A DNA stretch of 32,815 bases from an uncultured Lentimicrobiaceae bacterium (GTDB taxonomy: Bacteria > Bacteroidota > Bacteroidia > Bacteroidales > F082): the NCBI GenBank assembly GCA_964459525.1, contig CAYWNI010000001.1, positions 1 to 32,815 on the forward strand. Direction: 5' to 3'. Shown here piece after piece: positions 7,492 through 13,994 of the stretch; within the stretch, counting starts at the first letter, position 1, and each line of letters opens with the position of its first letter. The notes beneath the pieces were generated by a model. It was not told the origin of the DNA. It ran no database searches and saw nothing but the letters and a program-made list of their open reading frames with translations. A program made the position numbers and the translations under genes.

Positions 7492-7716
7492 ATGAATATT
7501 CAAACAGAAAAACTTGAGATATTAAAAATGATTCTCGAAACAGACAACCCTAGCGTTTTGGAATCGATAAAAAGACTATTTGTAAAAAGTCCAGCAAAAG
7601 ATTTTTGGGACACTCTTTCACAAGAACAGAAAAATGAAATTTCACAAGGAATTAAAGAAATTGAAAATGGTGAAATTGTTAATTACGACGATCTGATGAG
7701 TGAACATAGATTATGA
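7492..7716 (+). CDS. putative addiction-module antitoxin (small acidic protein upstream of a RelE/ParE toxin)
   Basis: 74 aa with a 4-nt ATGA overlap onto the downstream toxin gene. The sequence style (KLEILKMILETDNPSVLESIKRLF ... ENGEIVNYDDLM) is typical of Bacteroidota antitoxin components. Confidence 0.7.
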   Translation: MNIQTEKLEILKMILETDNPSVLESIKRLFVKSPAKDFWDTLSQEQKNEISQGIKEIENGEIVNYDDLMSEHRL

Positions 7717-8015
7717 GAAAAGTAATTGTATCAAAACGAGCTGCTAAAAGACTTAATGAATTGCTTGAATATCTGGAACTTGAATGGTCTTTAAAAGTTA
7801 AACATGATTTTACTCAAAAACTAGACAAATCACTAAGTCAGATTCAAAAATTTCCTAATAGTTGCCCACAATCAGAATTCGTAAAAGGACTTCATATTCT
7901 TGTTGTCGCTAAGCAGACATCTTTGATATATCAGTTTGACTCTAAGGCTATTAAGATAATAGCATTATTTGACAATAGAATGAATCCTGATAAGTTAAAA
8001 AGAGAAATAAAATAA
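7713..8015 (+). CDS. type II toxin, RelE/ParE family
   Basis: 100 aa. C-terminal pattern LIYQFDSKAIKIIALFDNRMNP is typical of ParE/RelE plasmid-stabilisation toxins. Translationally coupled to the upstream antitoxin. Confidence 0.8.
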   Translation: MRKVIVSKRAAKRLNELLEYLELEWSLKVKHDFTQKLDKSLSQIQKFPNSCPQSEFVKGLHILVVAKQTSLIYQFDSKAIKIIALFDNRMNPDKLKREIK

Positions 8016-8190
8016 ACCACGCTTTACAATAACACCTATACGCCATAGCCGCATCTACAGCTTTATAGAAAAATTAAATGTAAATTTGAGAATGAATTTT
8101 CAAACTCAAAACCAATAAGATACAGCGGCAACTGCGCATAGCCACACCGTTCGGCTATTTGCCAAGTTTTGGATTATTAGTGGAGCAGGC

Positions 8191-9957
8191 TCAACTTTTA
8201 TACATCAAATCAATCAGGTCTATATGTAATTCGGTTACATGTTTGCGTTTAATTTTCAAGGTATTCGTTAACCCATTGTTTTCGATGCTAAAGGGTTCGG
8301 GAAGTAGAATAAATCGTTTTATTTGTTCATATCCATCCAATTTACTCTGATCCTGATCGATGAGTTTTTTATAAAACGCAATAACTTCGGGATGATCAAC
8401 TATTTCACGATGACTTTTGTTGTCAAGTTTTAATAGGGGATGAGCTTGTTTAAGTAGATCAAATGTGGGCACAATCAATGCCGAAACAAATTTTCGGTTA
8501 TCGCCAACCACAACTACCTGTTCCACGAATTTATTTTGTCCGATAAGCAGCTCCAGCTTTTGAGGAGAAATATATTTTCCACCGGAAGTCTTCATCATAT
8601 CCTTGATTCGGTCGGTCATCACCAGGTAGTTTTCTTTGGTAATAAATCCTTTGTCTCCAGTTTTAAATATTTTTCCCGTGAGTACATTCGCTGTTTCTTC
8701 GGGTTTTTTGTAATATCCTTTAAAAACAGTGTCGCCTTCCACAATAATTTCCTCATTCTCTCCTATGGAAACAGTGGTTTCGGGCATAATTGACCCACAA
8801 GTATCCAGATCGAAAACATTGGTTTTCATGCATGATACTGTGGCTGTGGTTTCTGTAGCACCATATCCGTAGTTGACAAAAAGCCCAATGGCATGAAAAA
8901 ATTTAAGTAATTCGGGTTGAATGGCAGCTCCTGCACAGGGAGTTGTTCTCAGTTGGCCTCCAAATATAGCCATCAGTTTATTCAATACCAATTTTTGGGC
9001 TATTTGATGTTTTACGGATAATAAAAATGGCAATTTGTGTTTTCCAATGGCTTGATGTCCAATGGCAATAGACCAATCGAAGATCTTTTGTTTGGTGGAA
9101 CTCCAACGGTGGTATTCTTCAAAAATACCGTCATAGGTTTTTTCAAAAAAACGGGGTACGACGCACATCACGGTAGGTTTTACCAAGGGGAGTGTTTCAA
9201 TTACTTTTTTCGGATTGGATAAAAAGGTGTTGACACCTCCTTTGTACATGAAAAATAACGTCCAGCTGCGCTCAAAAATATGACTAAGAGGTAGAAAAGC
9301 CAACGAATGGTCGTTTTCAGTAATGTCTAACCGTAAATCGTTTATTTTAAAGCAATGCATAAAATTGAGGTGCGAAAGCATAGCCCCTTTTGGTTCACCT
9401 GTAGTTCCCGACGTATAGATAATGGATGCGATATCGTCTTCATGAGCCAGTTCCAAAAGGTCTGTTAATTCTTTTTCTTCTACTTTGTTTCCCAGAAGAC
9501 AAAAATCACTCCATGAAATAACGGCTTCATGCTGAGTAATTTGCTCCGAAAAGGTAACGATGGTTTTCAGGGTAGATTTACCGATTAGTTGTAAAGCTTT
9601 TTCAAGCTGCGACGTGTCATCCACAAACATCAATTCCATTTTGGTTTCGTCAACAATATATTTTAGTTGCTCCATATTGCTGGTGCCGTAAAATGGAACT
9701 ACAATGGCGCGAATGGATAAAATGCCAATGTCGGCAATAGTCCATTCGGGTCGGTTGTTAGCAAATATTCCAATCTTCGACTCAGAGGAATGCCCTAAGG
9801 TTATCAATGATTTGGAAACTTCATTTACTTTCTTTGCCAGAAAATCCCAGCTTAAATTCTCCAGTTTTTGTTGATCTTCACCAATTACTTTAAATACGGG
9901 GCGAGATCCGAATTTTTTGGCTCTTTGGAGAACCATGTGTGCCAGGTGATTTTTCAT
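8191..9957 (-). CDS. fadD: long-chain fatty acid--CoA ligase (AMP-dependent synthetase)
   Basis: 588 aa. AMP-binding motif IIYTSGTTGEPKGAML, GYGATETT and TGDKG motifs. Size and C-terminus are typical of the FadD/FACL family. Confidence 0.85.
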   Translation of the reverse strand: MKNHLAHMVLQRAKKFGSRPVFKVIGEDQQKLENLSWDFLAKKVNEVSKSLITLGHSSESKIGIFANNRPEWTIADIGILSIRAIVVPFYGTSNMEQLKYIVDETKMELMFVDDTSQLEKALQLIGKSTLKTIVTFSEQITQHEAVISWSDFCLLGNKVEEKELTDLLELAHEDDIASIIYTSGTTGEPKGAMLSHLNFMHCFKINDLRLDITENDHSLAFLPLSHIFERSWTLFFMYKGGVNTFLSNPKKVIETLPLVKPTVMCVVPRFFEKTYDGIFEEYHRWSSTKQKIFDWSIAIGHQAIGKHKLPFLLSVKHQIAQKLVLNKLMAIFGGQLRTTPCAGAAIQPELLKFFHAIGLFVNYGYGATETTATVSCMKTNVFDLDTCGSIMPETTVSIGENEEIIVEGDTVFKGYYKKPEETANVLTGKIFKTGDKGFITKENYLVMTDRIKDMMKTSGGKYISPQKLELLIGQNKFVEQVVVVGDNRKFVSALIVPTFDLLKQAHPLLKLDNKSHREIVDHPEVIAFYKKLIDQDQSKLDGYEQIKRFILLPEPFSIENNGLTNTLKIKRKHVTELHIDLIDLMYKS

Positions 9958-10202
9958 GTAGTTTTTGTTAGTGACTTCTAATAACTGCTTTTTACTTCCG
10001 CCAAAGCAACAAATGCAGTTTTATCGTTGGCAGTTTTTTTTAACCTCTGTAAATTCTTCATCTCGTCAGCGTTTGTAACACGAATGCCAATAGAACACCC
10101 TGGTAACTTAGCCTTTGGTGTAAAGAATCCTTCTACCTATTCTCTCATTTCCCATTTACTCCACCTGAGATTTGCTTATCGATGCATTCTATTGCATCCC
10201 CT

Positions 10203-10243
10203 AAAAAACGAAAACCACCGTGAACATTGAGTTTTACGGTGGT
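10203..10243 (-). terminator. Rho-independent terminator downstream of tRNA-Ser
   Basis: On the minus strand: ACCACCGT-(14 nt)-ACGGTGGT stem (10214-10243) followed by TTTCGTTTTTT (10203-10213). Confidence 0.6.
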
Positions 10244-10269
10244 GTTTACGTTTCATTTGCTATACTAGC

Positions 10270-10357
10270 TGGCGGAGAATGAGGGATTCGAACCCCCGGA
10301 CCCTCGCGGGTCAACGGTTTTCAAGACCGCCGCATTCGACCACTCTGCCAACTCTCC
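10270..10357 (-). tRNA. tRNA-Ser (anticodon UGA), CCA encoded
   Basis: The reverse complement folds by hand. Acceptor GGAGAGT/ATTCTCC, anticodon loop CTTGAAA, long variable arm GACCC-GCGA-GGGTC, T arm GGGGG-TTCGAAT-CCCTC, then discriminator G + CCA. Confidence 0.93.
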
Positions 10358-10361
10358 GCGG

Positions 10362-10369
10362 CAAAAATA
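10362..10369 (-). promoter_or_regulatory. putative -7 promoter box TATTTTTG for tRNA-Ser
   Basis: TAnnTTTG match on the minus strand ending 4 nt upstream of the mature tRNA 5' end. Confidence 0.4.
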
Positions 10370-10465
10370 ACACCTTTTTCAAAACTGGCAATCCCTCACC
10401 TGAAATTTTTGTGAGTTTTCTTTTTGGGAATGCTTTGTTGTTGATAAATTTCTGTTTTACTTAGG

Positions 10466-11839
10466 CTAATAGCCCTCGTTGTCAGTGTGGTAAGGAATGA
10501 GCCGTGCTTTTGGATTGTTTTTGAGGTGTGTTTTAATAATCCGGCGAACCTCCTTGTTGTCGGCATACGGTGTAATGCAGTCGTGGAGCAAACTTGGTTC
10601 GTTGGTGGCGTAAGAAGTGTTCACAAAGCCAAATCCGCTATATCGTCCGTTTTCAACCTTAACTACGGCCATTTCTTCTTGGTTTCGACCACTTTCGAGT
10701 ATAAAAAAATGCGACTGATCGAATTGATAGTTGTCTAGTGCTTCCTGAACACGCAGGTTGTAGCTCTCTTTGGGTTCGAGTCCAATACACGCCCCGTTAC
10801 ACTGGTGTATTTGGTAATGAAAACAAGGGCCTTGCGTGTCGTAAAGCCCACATAGTTTCTGGCAAAGGCCGTATTCGGCAACAAGCATTTTTACGTGGTT
10901 CTTTCCTTCGTTTACAGAACTGTACGTGTACACCGGATTTAATGAGCTGATAACCCGTGTTATTTTTAGGTTTAGGTAGCCGTCGTCATCAAAAAAAGTA
11001 TAAAGCCCTTGGTTGTAGTATGTTCTGCGTTGCGCCCGGTTATAGTGTGGTTGATGTTTTTTTATTTCGTGCGATTCGAGCAATAGCGCCACGAGCTCGT
11101 TGCCCGTTAGGTTAAATTGAACATCAGCAATGGCGTTGCGCATTTCTACCGCTTTTTTGTTCATGTTGTTGCTTAAATGCGACAGGATGCGGTCGTGGAT
11201 GTTAATTGATTTTCCTACATAGATCAACTCCTTATCTTTGTTGTGGAAATAATAAACACCAGGCTCTCTTGGCAGGTTGTCGATAAGTGATTTCCCTAAT
11301 GAGGACTGCATGCCGTTGAGGTTCGTGTTTTCGGGACTGTTTTCCAGACTAAGGAGCAACTCGAACAGTTTTGTGGTGGCGAGGGCATCGCCTTCAGCCC
11401 TGTGCCGGGCGTGGTTGTCAATTTTTAATGCCTTACAAAGGTTTCCTAGTCCATACGACGGCTGGCCCGGAATAAATTTTCTGCTTAGTTTTATGGTGTC
11501 GAGGGTTTTGCGTTGGTAGTCGTAACCCAGACTTTTGTATTCGCTGCGAATAAAGCTGTAGTCGAAACGCACATTGTGGCCAACGATGATTTTGTCTTCA
11601 GTAAGTTCAATTATTTTTTTGGCTAGTTCATAAAACTTAGGTGCGTCTTCCACCATTCTGTTGTTGATGCCCGTCATCTGCGTAATGCGGTAGGGGATTT
11701 TTTTCTCCGGATTTATAAGCGAAGCAAATTCTTTTACGATTTTCTTCCCATCGTGGATGTAAATAGCGATTTCAGTAATTTTTTCTGTCGATGGACTCAG
11801 CCCTGTTGTTTCAATATCGACAATGGCGTACTGACTCAT
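10466..11839 (-). CDS. DEDDh 3'-5' exonuclease (DnaQ/epsilon-like) fused to a GIY-YIG (UvrC N-terminal/Cho-like) nuclease domain
   Basis: AIVDIETTGL, VGHNVRFDYSF and HRAEGDA exonuclease motifs, then GVYYFHNKDKELIYVGKSINIHDRILSH (GIY-YIG). Start taken at M47 of the track ORF (ATG 11839). The longer ORF would overlap the upstream gene, and its extension is Arg/Lys/Thr-rich junk. Confidence 0.8.
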   Translation of the reverse strand: MSQYAIVDIETTGLSPSTEKITEIAIYIHDGKKIVKEFASLINPEKKIPYRITQMTGINNRMVEDAPKFYELAKKIIELTEDKIIVGHNVRFDYSFIRSEYKSLGYDYQRKTLDTIKLSRKFIPGQPSYGLGNLCKALKIDNHARHRAEGDALATTKLFELLLSLENSPENTNLNGMQSSLGKSLIDNLPREPGVYYFHNKDKELIYVGKSINIHDRILSHLSNNMNKKAVEMRNAIADVQFNLTGNELVALLLESHEIKKHQPHYNRAQRRTYYNQGLYTFFDDDGYLNLKITRVISSLNPVYTYSSVNEGKNHVKMLVAEYGLCQKLCGLYDTQGPCFHYQIHQCNGACIGLEPKESYNLRVQEALDNYQFDQSHFFILESGRNQEEMAVVKVENGRYSGFGFVNTSYATNEPSLLHDCITPYADNKEVRRIIKTHLKNNPKARLIPYHTDNEGY

Positions 11840-11850
11840 GCTGGGTTTTC

Positions 11851-12651
11851 TTACAGGTTTAGCTTCATTTGGATGGCCTGGACTTGTTTTTTGAGTTGCA
11901 TTAGTTCTTCGGCCATCTGGTCTTTTTCCTTGTTTGGTTCGGGTACTTCGGCGCTGATGTAGTTCACGAATTTCCATATTTCTTTAATCTGGTTTACGCC
12001 CAGATCAAAAGGTTCGTACAGCGTGTTAAGTGAGTGCAACTTAAGCGATGCGCTGGTTTTAATGTTGTTTTCGGCTACTTTAAACACGACCCCTTCTTCA
12101 TGGGTAATGATGATGTAAGCGTGGTGGTTACGGATGAAATTCCAGTCCTGAACATACTCACCTGTAACGTATGAACCATCGGGGATGGGAAGCATGGAGT
12201 CGCCACTGATCTGGAATGTACGGTATTTTTTTTGTTTCGACAAAAAAGGCAGTTTGAAGGTGGGCAGTATGCGTATGTATTCAGGATCGGCATAGCCCAT
12301 GGCGTAGCCTGCGCGGGCTTTTTCGTTAACCAGTTCGATGTTTTCTTCGTTGTTTTCGTCAACGGTGGTGGCCAGCACCCGAAGTTTGCTTCCTTTGATA
12401 AAAATGTCGTATCCATGCTCAAGCTGCGATAACTGACTTTCCGTGAGGGTGCTCAGGTCAACTTTTACAAGCGTGTCGATGGCAATGCCAAAGTATTCCG
12501 AAAATTGCATCAACGCTGATAGGTTAGGTGTTGCCACCCCATTTTCGTAACCGCTCAGGGTAGGGCGTTTCATGTTAAGCGTGAAGGCCATCTCGTCTTG
12601 CGTGCGACCGCGGCGTTTACGCAATAGTTTGATGTTGTTGTTGAAGTGCAT
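11851..12651 (-). CDS. XRE/CI-type HTH + S24 peptidase repressor (non-canonical LexA-like)
   Basis: N-terminal HTH (IKLLRKRRGRTQDEMAFTLNMKRPTLSGYENGVATPNLSALMQFSEYFGI). C-terminal S24 motif QISGDSMLP with the downstream Lys region. Divergent from the polymerase genes. Confidence 0.8.
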   Translation of the reverse strand: MHFNNNIKLLRKRRGRTQDEMAFTLNMKRPTLSGYENGVATPNLSALMQFSEYFGIAIDTLVKVDLSTLTESQLSQLEHGYDIFIKGSKLRVLATTVDENNEENIELVNEKARAGYAMGYADPEYIRILPTFKLPFLSKQKKYRTFQISGDSMLPIPDGSYVTGEYVQDWNFIRNHHAYIIITHEEGVVFKVAENNIKTSASLKLHSLNTLYEPFDLGVNQIKEIWKFVNYISAEVPEPNKEKDQMAEELMQLKKQVQAIQMKLNL

Positions 12652-12691
12652 GATCAGGATGTTTTTGATGAAAATTATTTTTTATCAGCTA

Positions 12692-12699
12692 CAAAGATA
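12692..12699 (-). promoter_or_regulatory. putative -7 promoter box TATCTTTG for the LexA-like gene
   Basis: TAnnTTTG match on the minus strand, 40 nt upstream of ATG 12651. Confidence 0.4.
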
Positions 12700-12706
12700 T
12701 GAATAA

Positions 12707-12746
12707 TGATTATATTGCAATCAAAAAAATGATTAAAAACTAATCA
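12707..12746. promoter_or_regulatory. two tandem palindromes TGATT-N7-AATCA (12707-12723 and 12730-12746), candidate repressor operators
   Basis: Read directly: TGATTatattgcAATCA and TGATTaaaaactAATCA, 6 nt apart, in the 141-bp divergent intergenic region. Confidence 0.45.
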
Positions 12747-12792
12747 AAAGTACAACAATTTTTTTATTTGTCAAGTTTTCTGACTAAATTTT

Positions 12793-13974
12793 ATGGAAAT
12801 AGCCAACCGAACCATCGCACATTTTGACTTGGACACTTTTTTTGTGTCGGTAGAGCGTTTACAAAACAGCTCACTTATTGGCAAACCTGTCATCATCGGA
12901 GGCATGTCCGATAGGGGAGTGGTGGCGGGATGCAGTTACGAAGCCCGTCGTTTTGGGGTGCATTCGGCCATGCCCATGCGTATGGCGCGGCAGTTGTGCA
13001 GTCAGGCGGTATTTATTCGTGGCGACATGGAAGCGTACACAAAGCAATCGCGGTTGGTAACTGACATTATCGCCGAGCAGGCGCCTGTGTACGAAAAAAC
13101 TTCTGTTGATGAGCATTTTCTGGACATCACCGGCATGGATCGTTTTTTCGGGTCGCTTAAGTGGACGCAGGAGCTGCGCGAGCGAATCATTAAAAACACA
13201 GGATTGCCTATATCTTTCGGGCTTTCGGTAAACAAAACGGTTTCTAAAATTGCTACAGGCCAGGCCAAACCCGATGGCGGTATTTATGTGCCACAGCAAC
13301 AGGTAAAGCCGTTTATGTTTCCGTTATCTATTCGTAAAATTCCTATGATTGGTAATAAAAGCTTTCAGCTGTTGCGCTCAATGGGCGTTTCTACCATTCA
13401 AACCCTCAGTGCCATACCGCCTGAAATGCTGGTGCAAGTGATGGGTAAAAATGGACTCGTGGTGTGGAAAAAGGCCAATGGCATCGACCCCTCGCCCGTG
13501 GTGCAGTATTCTGAGCGCAAGTCGTTAAGCACCGAACATACCTTTAGTCAGGATACCACTGATTTAATGCTCATGCGTAACCTCCTGATCTCGATGGTCG
13601 ATAAACTCGCCTACCAGCTTAGAAAGAAAAATAAGCTTACGGGGCTGATTTCTGTAAAAATAAGGTATTCCAACTTCGATACCCACACCTTGCAGCAGCA
13701 GTTGGCCTACACTTCATTCGATCATGTACTTATTGAAACGGCGCTTGGGCTTTTTAATCGATTGTATACCCGACGCATGCTCATCCGGCTGGTTGGGGTG
13801 CGCTTTAGTCAGCTGGTAGGTGGAAACCAGCAACTCGACTTGTTCGACGAAGCACCCTATATGCCTGATCTTTACAAAGCTGTCGACCAAATTCGTTTGC
13901 GGTATGGAGCTAAATCGCTGTTGCGCGGAGTCAGCTGCCCCAGGCCTGTTTCTTCAAAAGATGAATCGCGTTGA
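12793..13974 (+). CDS. dinB: Y-family DNA polymerase (DinB/Pol IV-like, in the ImuB position of a dnaE2 cassette)
   Basis: HFDLDTFFVSVE and SVDEHFLDIT catalytic motifs, GLSVNKTVSKIA, little-finger region; 393 aa. Confidence 0.85.
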   Translation: MEIANRTIAHFDLDTFFVSVERLQNSSLIGKPVIIGGMSDRGVVAGCSYEARRFGVHSAMPMRMARQLCSQAVFIRGDMEAYTKQSRLVTDIIAEQAPVYEKTSVDEHFLDITGMDRFFGSLKWTQELRERIIKNTGLPISFGLSVNKTVSKIATGQAKPDGGIYVPQQQVKPFMFPLSIRKIPMIGNKSFQLLRSMGVSTIQTLSAIPPEMLVQVMGKNGLVVWKKANGIDPSPVVQYSERKSLSTEHTFSQDTTDLMLMRNLLISMVDKLAYQLRKKNKLTGLISVKIRYSNFDTHTLQQQLAYTSFDHVLIETALGLFNRLYTRRMLIRLVGVRFSQLVGGNQQLDLFDEAPYMPDLYKAVDQIRLRYGAKSLLRGVSCPRPVSSKDESR

Positions 13975-13994
13975 GCAATAAATAGTTTCGAATT

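Noticed and set aside
8159-8350. ORF 8159-8350 (+) and other short plus-strand ORFs within fadD (8536-8793, 9037-9222)
   Set aside because: They are antisense to the strongly supported acyl-CoA ligase gene and have no motifs.
6280-10270. Integron-like cassette array or tRNA-Ser-targeted genomic island
   Set aside because: No integrase or recombinase is in the window. The candidate inverted repeat does not fit attC core-site consensus. fadD is a large housekeeping-type gene in the opposite orientation. The only tRNA-like fragment (GAGAATGA... at 8088-8110, versus the tRNA-Ser 3' end) is a short, AT-rich partial match that could be chance.
10395-10432. Hairpin CTCAC-N11-GTGAG followed by a T-run between tRNA-Ser and the exonuclease gene
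   Set aside because: The stem is only 5 bp. The T-run is on the plus strand, where there is no upstream transcript to terminate. It is not convincing as the terminator of the minus-strand nuclease gene.
10279-10464. ORF 10279-10464 (+) and ORF 10027-10230 (+)
   Set aside because: The first is the antisense of tRNA-Ser plus its promoter region. The second spans the repeat remnant and the tRNA terminator. Neither has coding features.
11840-11977. N-terminal 46-aa extension of the exonuclease/GIY-YIG ORF
   Set aside because: It overlaps the 3' end of the LexA-like gene and is Arg/Lys/Thr/Pro-rich without motifs. The exonuclease motif I (AIVDIETTG) starts right after Met47.
12761-12791. A -7 promoter box for the Y-family polymerase/dnaE2 operon (TTTTTATTTG at 12761-12770; TAAATTTT at 12784-12791)
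   Set aside because: Neither matches TAnnTTTG exactly, and the second is too close to the ATG. The promoter is left uncalled.
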